From Oceanispirochaeta sp. (GTDB taxonomy: Bacteria > Spirochaetota > Spirochaetia > DSM-2461): DNA of 64,000 nt. The stretch is taken from assembly GCA_963666275.2 (NCBI GenBank), contig CAXXOA010000001.1:736001-800000 (forward strand), given 5' to 3'. The translations under genes and the position numbers were made by a program. Every line of letters begins with the position of its first letter. Position 1 is the first letter of the stretch. This document shows, piece after piece, positions 49,691-57,987 of the stretch. The notes beneath the pieces were generated by a model that saw nothing but the letters and a program-made list of their open reading frames with translations, did not search any database and was not told the origin of the DNA.

Positions 49691-49705
49691 GATCGGCTGA
49701 AGGGA

Positions 49706-50674
49706 TTATTTACTTGTCCATCCCTGATAGCTGTTCACATTCTCTTTGGTAATCAGTTCCACCGGAATAAGAATCAGGTCCTCCGCAGGTTTATTTCCAC
49801 GGATTATATCCCATCCGATCTCAACAGCAGTCTGAGCCATTGTATAAGGATCCTGTGCGGGAGTCGCTTCAAAAATACTGGCACTGTCCTGAAGGACTAC
49901 CTCTGCATCAGGAGAGCCGTCAACCCCAACAATAAACATTTCATTCTGTCTTTTTGCCTGTTTAATTGCCAGTTCACATCCGATACCCGTGGGATCATTG
50001 ATGGCGAAAACGGCATCTACTTCATCAAATGCAGTCAACAGGTCAGTCATAACCCTCAAACCGCCGTCACGGCTTCCGCCGGCATTCTGATTTTCCGAAA
50101 GAATATTGATTCCCGGATTTTTGGCAAAAACCTCTTTGGCCCCGTTGACTCTGTCAAAGACCGCAGTTACGGGAGGTCCGTTTACAATGATGACATTTCC
50201 TTCTCCGCCGAGTTTGCTGACAATATACTCACCGGCCTGAACTCCCGCCTGATAGTTATTGGATGTTACTGTTGCATCAACACCACCTTCTGCTCCTACA
50301 TCTGCAGCGACCACAATAACACCGGCCTGTTTGGCCCGTCGGACTGCTGGTGCAATACCGGCGAAATCTACAGCATTAAGAACAATAATCTGAACACCGT
50401 TGGCTATGAAGTTATCAATCTGATTGACCTGTTTATTTAAATCATACTGGGCGGATTCAATATAAACTTTTACTTTTTCTCCTCCAATGGACATAGCCGC
50501 TGCCTTTGCGCCTTCTCCCATTTGATAGAAAAAGGGATTTCCGATATCACCCAGGGTTACACCAACCGCCTTAAGTTCTGCCGGTCCGTCCGCTACCGCC
50601 GCGTCTTGCTTTCCATTTGCAAATACGCTGAAAGTCATTGTTGCAATCAGGAGAATTGTTAATAATTTCTTCAC
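49706..50674 (-). CDS. CUT2 sugar/polyol ABC substrate-binding protein
   Basis: GNPFF, YDLNKQVNQIDNFI, SNNYQAG, INDPTGIG, GVDGSP; AGGAGG RBS, GTG start. Confidence 0.92.
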   Translation of the reverse strand: MKKLLTILLIATMTFSVFANGKQDAAVADGPAELKAVGVTLGDIGNPFFYQMGEGAKAAAMSIGGEKVKVYIESAQYDLNKQVNQIDNFIANGVQIIVLNAVDFAGIAPAVRRAKQAGVIVVAADVGAEGGVDATVTSNNYQAGVQAGEYIVSKLGGEGNVIIVNGPPVTAVFDRVNGAKEVFAKNPGINILSENQNAGGSRDGGLRVMTDLLTAFDEVDAVFAINDPTGIGCELAIKQAKRQNEMFIVGVDGSPDAEVVLQDSASIFEATPAQDPYTMAQTAVEIGWDIIRGNKPAEDLILIPVELITKENVNSYQGWTSK

Positions 50675-50913
50675 CTGTGCCTCCTTTATATGTGATTGAT
50701 TTGTAATTTAATTGTAAAATAGAATTTGCATATGTCAACTTATAAATTTACAAATAAGCCGGTAAATGACAAATAATCTGGAGTAAATGTAAAGTTATTG
50801 GAGCGTAACTGTCGCTGAGGAAGGAATTTGGCTATGGTCGCTCGTAAGATTCTTTTTTATGAGAAAGTAATTCTTATGATTTGTAAAATAATTGTAAAAA
50901 TTAAGGAAGGACG

Positions 50914-50947
50914 ACTTTCCGGAAACCCGAAGAGTTTCCGGAAAAGT
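50914..50947 (-). terminator. Hairpin after MATE gene
   Basis: TTTCCGGAAAC-ccgaaga-GTTTCCGGAAA inverted repeat. Confidence 0.65.
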
Positions 50948-50953
50948 GCCGGA

Positions 50954-52303
50954 TCAGGCAGAAGCGGTCAGTTTCCGGATATAGTAGTGATTCAGAATAT
51001 TGCATACCGGTCCCATCACTGCATAGGAAATGGGAAGAGCCAGGAATATTCCTGTGATTCCCCAGAACCGGGAGCCCAGGAGTGCCAGGGGGATATAGAT
51101 CCCGAACATCTGAAGCAGATTCAGAAGAGCCGACTCCAGGGGTTTTTTCAGCACATTCATGGTCGTCACAGCTATGAGCATCATTCCCTGAAGACCATAG
51201 GCCAGAGGTACCAGACGGATATAGAGAAGAGCCGTTTCCAGTACCATAGGATCGCTGTTGAAGAGCCTTATCACAGGTTTGCCCAGCGCCAGAAGGAGAA
51301 GATACATTCCCGCTCCGTAAAGGAGGGAAAACCGGTTGGCCCTGTTGAGCCCTCTGTTGACCCTGCCAGTCTGACCGGCCCCCCAGTTCTGTCCGACAAA
51401 GATAGGAAGCACCGTAACCATAGCCTGAATCAGTACCAGAGCAAACATCTCAATCCGGGATGCCACACCGAATCCCGCCACGGCTTCCCGTCCGAACGAG
51501 GCGATCAGGCTTGTTATGATTCCCGCCCCCAGGGGGATTATCAGTTTTGAGAGGATATTGGGGAGTCCCACATAGAGGATCTCATGCCAGGCGGAAAATA
51601 TTTTAGACAGGCTTGCGTTTCTGAAGGATATAACCTTTTCCCTGTGGATAAGGATAAAAAGGGTTACGACTAGTGTCACAATCCTGGACAGAACCGTGGA
51701 AAGAGCCGCCCCGGCTACCCCCATGGCGGGGAAAGGACCCAGGCCGAATATAAGAACCGGATCCATGATGGCATTGATAATGGCGGCTATAATCATCACT
51801 CTGGCAGGAGTTTTCGTATCTCCCAGGCCGCGGATGGCAGAATTTCCCGTCATGGGGATAATAACTGTCATGACAGCCCAGTACCAGATTTCCATATACT
51901 CTCTTATGGGCACCAGAGTGGCACTGTCCGCTCCCAGCATGGTAAAGACAGCGCCAATGGTAAGCTGTCCTGTGAGGGACACAATGGCCGCAATCCCTAT
52001 GGCCAGAAGAAGCCCCCAGGTGATAAGGTTGGTCAATGCTTCTTTATCCTGCCGACCGGCAGCTTTGGAGACTGCCGCGGTTAAACCGACTCCCAGTCCC
52101 AGGGCTATGCTGGAAACGGTCATAACCACAGGAAAAGTGAAGGACAGAGCCGCCAGTTCCTTTGTTCCCAGACGGCCGACAAAATAGGTATCTACAAGGT
52201 TGAATATGATCATTCCCAGGATACCCAGAACCATGGGGCCCGTGAGCCTTGCCAGGACAAGGCTTTCTCTATCCTTTGTGATCATTTCCCTGTTTTTATT
52301 CAT
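50954..52303 (-). CDS. MATE family efflux transporter
   Basis: FNLVDTYFVGRLG, RGLGDTKTP, DPVLIFG, GQNWGA. Confidence 0.93.
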   Translation of the reverse strand: MNKNREMITKDRESLVLARLTGPMVLGILGMIIFNLVDTYFVGRLGTKELAALSFTFPVVMTVSSIALGLGVGLTAAVSKAAGRQDKEALTNLITWGLLLAIGIAAIVSLTGQLTIGAVFTMLGADSATLVPIREYMEIWYWAVMTVIIPMTGNSAIRGLGDTKTPARVMIIAAIINAIMDPVLIFGLGPFPAMGVAGAALSTVLSRIVTLVVTLFILIHREKVISFRNASLSKIFSAWHEILYVGLPNILSKLIIPLGAGIITSLIASFGREAVAGFGVASRIEMFALVLIQAMVTVLPIFVGQNWGAGQTGRVNRGLNRANRFSLLYGAGMYLLLLALGKPVIRLFNSDPMVLETALLYIRLVPLAYGLQGMMLIAVTTMNVLKKPLESALLNLLQMFGIYIPLALLGSRFWGITGIFLALPISYAVMGPVCNILNHYYIRKLTASA

Positions 52304-52746
52304 ATATTTCTCCTGTTATGCTCAATATGATCGGTTAAGTTGAGAAACATCTTTTCCAGAGACTGAAAGGTCCTTTCGACTTCTTCTCTGTCCATTCCCT
52401 TTCCCAGAATTTCCGTAATTCCCTTCATTATGGCATTGGTCCGCGGGAGAATCTCCTCTCCCTTTTCTGTAAGGTACAGCCGGTGACACCTTTTGTCATT
52501 CCGGTCCAGTTCCATCCGTATATATCCCAGATCCAGCAGCTTCTTGACAGCTTTGGCCGTGGTGGCTTTATCAATCAGAAGTTTGTTGCTTAATTCTTTT
52601 TGTGTTAATCCCTTATTTTTAGAGATGTGATGAAAGAACAGGCATTGGCCGCTGCCGAATCCCAGGGAAGAAAACTCCTGGTTCATATGTATCTGGAGAT
52701 GCCTGTAAATGATGGATACCGCATGACCCAGTGACTTGTTTTTCAT
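52300..52746 (-). CDS. MarR-family regulator
   Basis: GLTQKEL, DKATTAKAVKKL, DKR, LTEKG; coupled to the MATE gene. Confidence 0.92.
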   Translation of the reverse strand: MKNKSLGHAVSIIYRHLQIHMNQEFSSLGFGSGQCLFFHHISKNKGLTQKELSNKLLIDKATTAKAVKKLLDLGYIRMELDRNDKRCHRLYLTEKGEEILPRTNAIMKGITEILGKGMDREEVERTFQSLEKMFLNLTDHIEHNRRNI

Positions 52747-52904
52747 TCCTGTTCTTCTCCTTATCCCTCAATATTTCCCCTGCCGGGAGAGGCTGCATTC
52801 AAATCTGGTAAATAGATGGTCATCGCAACTGATTTTTTATCAAAATAGTAGGTTATGGCAACTAATTCAAGAAGGGAGAGGAAAAAAATCCCCCAGAATC
52901 TGTA

Positions 52905-52933
52905 TTGACAAAAAAAATCTTCCCCGCTAATGT
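52905..52933 (+). promoter_or_regulatory. Sigma70 promoter of rib operon
   Basis: TTGACA-N17-TAATGT. Confidence 0.75.
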
Positions 52934-52948
52934 TTCTTCAAAACATGA

Positions 52949-53074
52949 ATCTTCGGGGCAGGGTGAGTCTTTTAAAGGCAATTCCCTACCGGCGGTGAAA
53001 GCCCGCGAGTCAGCGCAAGCTGATTGAACTGGTGTAATTCCAGTGCCGACGGTATAGTCCGGACGAGAGAAGAT
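52949..53074 (+). ncRNA. FMN riboswitch (RFN element)
   Basis: ATCTTCGGGGCAGGGTG..ATTCCC.ACCGGCGGT..AGCCCGCGA..CTGGTGTAATTCCAGTGCCGACGGTATAGTCCGGA.GAGAGAAGAT upstream of ribD. Confidence 0.96.
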
Positions 53075-53096
53075 AAACGTAAAGTGGATAACCATG

Positions 53097-53131
53097 CCCC
53101 GGACAGGTCCAATCTGTTCGGGGTTTTTTTT
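53097..53131 (+). terminator. Riboswitch expression-platform terminator
   Basis: CCCCGGACAG-gtccaat-CTGTTCGGGG-T8 between aptamer and ribD. Confidence 0.85.
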
Positions 53132-53219
53132 ATCTGTTCCGGTATTGCCGGATTTGGATAAAATCCTCATTTGCTTTTCTTTTTTTGCGTCACAGCCCCG
53201 TTTCCGGGGAGGAATTTTG

Positions 53220-54332
53220 ATGCATTCATCAGATGAACACTATATGCACAGAGCTCTGAATCTTGCCGCGAAAGGGGAGGGTCGGGTACTTCCGAATCCC
53301 ATGGTAGGGGCCGTTATTGTCCGGGATGGAAAAATCCTGGGAGAAGGATATCACGCCCGGTACGGGGGCATTCATGCGGAGGTGGCGGCTCTCCGGGACT
53401 GCGGGGAAAAGCCCTCGGGAGCAACTCTGTTTGTGACCCTGGAGCCCTGCTGCCACAGGGGGGCGGGGAAGCACAATCCTCCCTGTACGGAGGCCATACT
53501 CGGTTCGGGAATCCGCCGGGTAGTGATTGCCCGTCCTGATCCGAACCGTAAGGTTTCCGGCAGGGGAATCAGAGTTCTCAGAGATCACGGCATTGAGGTG
53601 AACACAGGGGTTCTGGAAAAAGAAGCTGCCGGTCTTAACAGGGTCTACGAAGTGATGATCCGGGAAGAGAGGCCCTATGTGCATCTGAAGGCTGCTGTTT
53701 CTCTGGACGGGTTTCTGGCGGCGGCAGACGGCACATCCAGATGGATCAGCGGCAGTGAATCCCGGGAGAAGGTTATGCAGTTCCGCCGGCATTCCGACGG
53801 TATCCTGACAGGAAGGGGGACTCTCTATGCAGATCTTCCCTCCCTGACCGTCCGGGAGGGGAATGAAGATATTCCCGGGGAGTTCCAGCCGGCTCGAATC
53901 TTTCTGAGTTCCCGGGGAACTTTACCCGGAAACTGGCGGAAAAAGGGCGGACCCGTATTCCTGTACCACAGTCAGAACCACAGTTCAGTTGGTTCTGTAG
54001 ATCCTCAGGTGCATTTTAAACCTGTACCGGAGGATTCCGAAGGCCTGTCGGTTTCTCATATTCTCAAGGATCTTCACAGTCAGAAAATCTACAGACTTCT
54101 TGTGGAAGGAGGTTCCCGGGTGTATGGCTCTTTCCTGCGCAGAGGACTCTGGGACAGACTGACCCTTTTTGTCGCTCCTGTGCTGCTGGGCAGGGGGGTC
54201 CCCTTTTCCGACGGCCTGGAGATCCCGTCCATTGCCTCTAAGCTGCATCTGCAGGATGTATCCTCCTCTGTGAGCGGCAAGGACCTTATGGTGGATGGTT
54301 ACAGGGAGGAGATCAGATGTTTACCGGCCTGA
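53220..54332 (+). CDS. ribD: Bifunctional riboflavin deaminase/reductase
   Basis: PNPMVGAV, HAE, TLEPC, PPC, SLDG, LVEGG. Confidence 0.95.
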   Translation: MHSSDEHYMHRALNLAAKGEGRVLPNPMVGAVIVRDGKILGEGYHARYGGIHAEVAALRDCGEKPSGATLFVTLEPCCHRGAGKHNPPCTEAILGSGIRRVVIARPDPNRKVSGRGIRVLRDHGIEVNTGVLEKEAAGLNRVYEVMIREERPYVHLKAAVSLDGFLAAADGTSRWISGSESREKVMQFRRHSDGILTGRGTLYADLPSLTVREGNEDIPGEFQPARIFLSSRGTLPGNWRKKGGPVFLYHSQNHSSVGSVDPQVHFKPVPEDSEGLSVSHILKDLHSQKIYRLLVEGGSRVYGSFLRRGLWDRLTLFVAPVLLGRGVPFSDGLEIPSIASKLHLQDVSSSVSGKDLMVDGYREEIRCLPA

Positions 54333-54946
54333 TTCAGAATCTGGGACGTCTGGAGGGACGGAGGTCCATACCAGGCGGGGAACTCCTGAGAATCCGTCAC
54401 GGCTTTAAAGAGCCCCTGGCTGAAGGAGCTTCGGTGGCAGTGAACGGGGTATGCCTGACTGTCACGGAAGACAGAAACGCTGTGTTCTCCGCCGAGTGCT
54501 ATTACGAAACAATCCGGAAGACGGCACTTCCTTTCCTGAAAACGGGAGATCCCATCAATCTGGAGCCGGCTCTGGCTGTGAACGGGATACTGGAAGGACA
54601 TCTGGTACAGGGGCATGTCTCCGCGGTGGTCCGGGTGGTGCAGGCTGTCAAAAAGGGCCGGGGACTGAAACTGACGGTTTCACTGCCGGAGAACCGTAAG
54701 GGTCTTATACAGGAAGGATCTGTGGCTCTGGACGGAGTGAGTCTAACCATCGCCTCTCTCGGTGCTGACCGCCTGTCGGTACAGCTCATCGGAGAGACTC
54801 TGGAAAGGACAACACTGCAGTTCCGCAAGCCCGGTGATCCTGTGAATCTTGAAAGCGATCTTCTCCTGCGGGGACAGCAGGAACAGATAGAACAGAAAAA
54901 AGAAACATTGACAATGGGCCGTCTGGCTCAATGGGGGTATGTATGA
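54317..54946 (+). CDS. ribE: Riboflavin synthase (alpha chain)
   Basis: MFTGLI, SVAVNGVCLT, GHLVQGH, DGVSLT, VNLESD. Confidence 0.95.
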   Translation: MFTGLIQNLGRLEGRRSIPGGELLRIRHGFKEPLAEGASVAVNGVCLTVTEDRNAVFSAECYYETIRKTALPFLKTGDPINLEPALAVNGILEGHLVQGHVSAVVRVVQAVKKGRGLKLTVSLPENRKGLIQEGSVALDGVSLTIASLGADRLSVQLIGETLERTTLQFRKPGDPVNLESDLLLRGQQEQIEQKKETLTMGRLAQWGYV

Positions 54947-56169
54947 AATCCGTGAAATTAACAGTGGAAGAAGCGATCCGGATCATTGCCGACGGGGGAA
55001 TGATCATTATGACCGATGATGAAAACAGGGAGAACGAGGGGGATCTGGTGGGTGCGCTCCGTTATGCGGAACCTGATATGGTGAACTTTATGGCTTCCCG
55101 GGCTAAGGGGCTCATCTGCTGCGCCCTGGAGGAGAGTCTCTGCCGGAGAGCCGGTCTGGCTCCTCTTGATACCAATGCGGGGCCCGATGCAATTCACGGG
55201 ACGAAGTTCTGTACTCCCATAGATGCCATTGAAGGGTGCAGTACCGGAATCAGTGCCCATGACCGGTCGGTGACCCTGAAAAGGCTTGTGTCTGATAACT
55301 GCCAACCGGAAGATTTCGCCCGTCCGGGGCATATGTTTCCCTGTATGGAAGCCCAGGGGGGGCTGAAAGCCCGGCAGGGGCATACGGAAGCCACTGTGGA
55401 ACTCTGCCGTCAGGCCGGCCTGGAGGGGGCCGCTGCCATCTGCGAGATCATGGATGATGACGGCACAATGGCCCGGTGGGACCGTCTGAATGAAATGGCC
55501 CGGGAATGGGGTCTTGGGATTCTGACGATTGCGGATCTGATGGCCTGGCTGGAAAAAAAAGAAGAGGCCCAGGCGGCGCCTGTACGGCTTCCCACAGAAG
55601 ATGGACTTTTCCGGATGGACTTTCCCCAACCGGCGGAAGAAGACTCCAGTACCGGAGGGGATCATGTCTGTCTGATCAGAAAGAGCGATGATGCCGATTC
55701 CAAACCCCATCCGGAGGGCCCTCTGGTAAGGATCCACTCGGAATGCCTGACAGGGGATCTTTTCGGTTCACTGCGATGCGACTGCGGTCGCCAGCTGGAA
55801 GAGTCCAGGAATCTGATCGCCCGTGAGGATGAGGGGTATCTGATATACCTTCGTCAGGAAGGACGGGGCATCGGGTTGAAAGCGAAAGCCGCCGCCTATC
55901 ATCTCCAGGATCAGGGACTGGATACACTGGAAGCCAATCTCCGTCTGGGGTACGAAGAGGACCTGAGAAGCTATAAAACAGCAGCCCGGTATCTGAAAAA
56001 GAAGGGAATAGACAGGATCCGTCTGCTCACTAACAATCCCGATAAAATTGAACAGATGGAAAAAGAGGGGTTCTGTGTGACCCGGGTGCCTCTGATTATT
56101 GAATCCCACAGAGAAAATGAATTCTATATGAAAACCAAACAGGAAAAAATGGGCCATCTGTCGGCCTGA
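54943..56169 (+). CDS. ribBA: Bifunctional DHBP synthase / GTP cyclohydrolase II
   Basis: DDENRENEGD, RPGH, GHTEA; RIHSECLTGD, RCDCG, QEGRGIGL, LTNNPDK. Confidence 0.96.
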   Translation: MKSVKLTVEEAIRIIADGGMIIMTDDENRENEGDLVGALRYAEPDMVNFMASRAKGLICCALEESLCRRAGLAPLDTNAGPDAIHGTKFCTPIDAIEGCSTGISAHDRSVTLKRLVSDNCQPEDFARPGHMFPCMEAQGGLKARQGHTEATVELCRQAGLEGAAAICEIMDDDGTMARWDRLNEMAREWGLGILTIADLMAWLEKKEEAQAAPVRLPTEDGLFRMDFPQPAEEDSSTGGDHVCLIRKSDDADSKPHPEGPLVRIHSECLTGDLFGSLRCDCGRQLEESRNLIAREDEGYLIYLRQEGRGIGLKAKAAAYHLQDQGLDTLEANLRLGYEEDLRSYKTAARYLKKKGIDRIRLLTNNPDKIEQMEKEGFCVTRVPLIIESHRENEFYMKTKQEKMGHLSA

Positions 56170-56199
56170 ACGATATACTGACAAGGAGATTATAAGAGT

Positions 56200-56682
56200 A
56201 TGAGTGAAATGGAAAGAGTTATAGAAGGGCAGTTAAATGGAGAAGGTCTGAAATTCACCCTTGTGGTGAGCCGTTTCAATGATCTGATTACCTCCCGTCT
56301 GGAAGGGGGAGCTCTTGACTGTCTGGTCCGTCACGGGGTCAAACGGAAGGATCTTAAGATATTGCGGGTTCCGGGAGCTTTTGAGGTTCCTCTGGCTGCA
56401 GGATGGGCGGCGGAAGAAAAACCCGACGGGGTGATCTGTCTGGGGGCGGTTATCCGGGGAGGGACTCCTCACTTTGATTATGTCTGCGCAGAAGTCTCCA
56501 AAGGTATCGCGGCAGTGACAATGGAGAAAAAACTCCCTGTGGGGTTCGGTATCCTTACCTGTGATACCCTGGAGCAGGCTCTGGAAAGGGCCGGCAGCAA
56601 AGGGGGAAACAAAGGATGGGAAGCCGCCGTTTCCACCCTGGAAATGGCTGTTCTGAAGAAAAATCTTACACAGGAAGTCTAA
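56200..56682 (+). CDS. ribH: 6,7-dimethyl-8-ribityllumazine synthase
   Basis: [28 protein letters not shown]. Confidence 0.97.
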   Translation: MSEMERVIEGQLNGEGLKFTLVVSRFNDLITSRLEGGALDCLVRHGVKRKDLKILRVPGAFEVPLAAGWAAEEKPDGVICLGAVIRGGTPHFDYVCAEVSKGIAAVTMEKKLPVGFGILTCDTLEQALERAGSKGGNKGWEAAVSTLEMAVLKKNLTQEV

Positions 56683-56744
56683 GGTTTTCACAATGCCTTA
56701 TGAGGCCCTGAATCCGATGGTTCGGGGTTTCAGAGGGGTTCCTT

Positions 56745-57455
56745 TCAATAGAATGTGATTGTATGGGTTGTGGGAATACTGTTTGCCACCGCAACATCCG
56801 TAACATTCGCCACAGCTGTACTGGAAGCTGTGGCTCCCACATTATTCAGAGTGCCTGTGGTTGTTCCGATGGAAGTCATTCCGGCGTCCAGGACGTCAAA
56901 AGAGACAGTCACCTGGTCAATGGCTACAGCAGCCGTACTGGTAACATGGTAGCTGATTTCGAGCAGGGTGGAGCTTGTTCCCAGAGCCGCCCAGGAGTCC
57001 ACTGTCACAGTAATATCCCCTGCGGTCACGCTGCCTTTGGGGTTAGTGACGATAGAGAAGGCGGCGTTGATCAGGTTGCTCTCATTCCCTTCCGTATCCA
57101 CCGCCTGCAGTTCCAGTGTATAACTGCCCGCGGCAAGGGCTGCCCCGTCTATGACAAATTCCCATGCGGTCCCTTCGTGAATGAAAGTGGATTCGATGGT
57201 ATCGCTGTAGGCTGTATTGCCTGCAGCATCGTAAACCGTCACATCCAGGGATTCCGGATCATCATCCGGATCATCCACAGTCACGGAAATATAAATATCA
57301 TCTCCCAGGTAGACCGTTTCCGAATAGCTTCGAAAGGAGTAACTGGTTATGGAAAAGCCCGATAGTGCAGGATCCTTTCCTGCGGTGCTGTCGCTGATCT
57401 CACAGGACAGAAAAAGAGCGGGCAATAGAAATAGAATCCAGATACACCTGTTCAT
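56745..57455 (-). CDS. Lipoprotein with Ig-like beta-rich domains
   Basis: Spirochaetal lipobox LFLS-C; DPDDD, GSYTLELQAVDTEGNES; T/V/S-rich. Confidence 0.75.
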   Translation of the reverse strand: MNRCIWILFLLPALFLSCEISDSTAGKDPALSGFSITSYSFRSYSETVYLGDDIYISVTVDDPDDDPESLDVTVYDAAGNTAYSDTIESTFIHEGTAWEFVIDGAALAAGSYTLELQAVDTEGNESNLINAAFSIVTNPKGSVTAGDITVTVDSWAALGTSSTLLEISYHVTSTAAVAIDQVTVSFDVLDAGMTSIGTTTGTLNNVGATASSTAVANVTDVAVANSIPTTHTITFY

Positions 57456-57512
57456 ACATATAATTATACATCCAGTCGAATAATATGCCGGTTTTTTTTA
57501 AAAAAATATGAG

Positions 57513-57730
57513 TTCCCATCGTTTCAGCTCTATTGGGATATGATTTATTTGAGCGCCCGATGGGAAACCTCTCATGTCGCAGCCATCCTGTCTGCTTCCT
57601 GCGAGCCGCCTCCAGGACTATTCCGGCGTCCCTGCCGGAATACGCTCCATGTATTCGCGTCGTCCTTCCGGTTCGATTCCCATCGTTTCAGCTCTATTGG
57701 GATATGATTTATTTGAGCGCCCGATGGGAA
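57513..57730. repeat. Two exact 54-bp direct repeats (57513-57566, 57677-57730) containing the tRNA-Gly 3' end
   Basis: TTCCCATCGTTTCAGCTCTATTGGGATATGATTTATTTGAGCGCCCGATGGGAA x2, separated by a 110-bp structured spacer. Confidence 0.95.
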
Positions 57731-57787
57731 TCGAACCCACGTCTCCAGCTTGGGAAGCTGGGGTAATAGCCATTATACGACGGGCGC
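57716..57787 (-). tRNA. tRNA-Gly (anticodon CCC); CCA not encoded
   Basis: Acceptor stem GCGCCCG/CGGGCGC, anticodon arm CCAGC-TTCCCAA-GCTGG, T arm GTGGG-TTCGATT-CCCAT, discriminator T. Confidence 0.96.
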
Positions 57788-57987
57788 TGGTTCAGTATTC
57801 AGAATAGCCCCTATAATGGAGCAGGTCAAATAATTTTCTTTTTCAGAATGGGTTTTGTAACAGGGAAATCCCGGGATGGTTTTAACTGTAAGTCTGGAAA
57901 TTGCAAAGATTTTCGCATAAATTTCTGTTTTCCATTGTATGCTAATGTTAACGGCGGTCATTTTTTACAGTTTTAAGGTGGATCAGT

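Noticed and set aside
53094..53219. N-terminal extension of ribD
   Set aside because: Runs through the riboswitch terminator; the GGAGG RBS supports ATG 53220.
57513..57730. CRISPR array
   Set aside because: Only two repeat copies, 54 bp long and derived from the tRNA end; 110-bp spacer; no cas genes.
57533..57807. Two 77-aa plus-strand ORFs
   Set aside because: Antisense shadows of tRNA-Gly and its repeat (translations such as WESNPRLQLGK).
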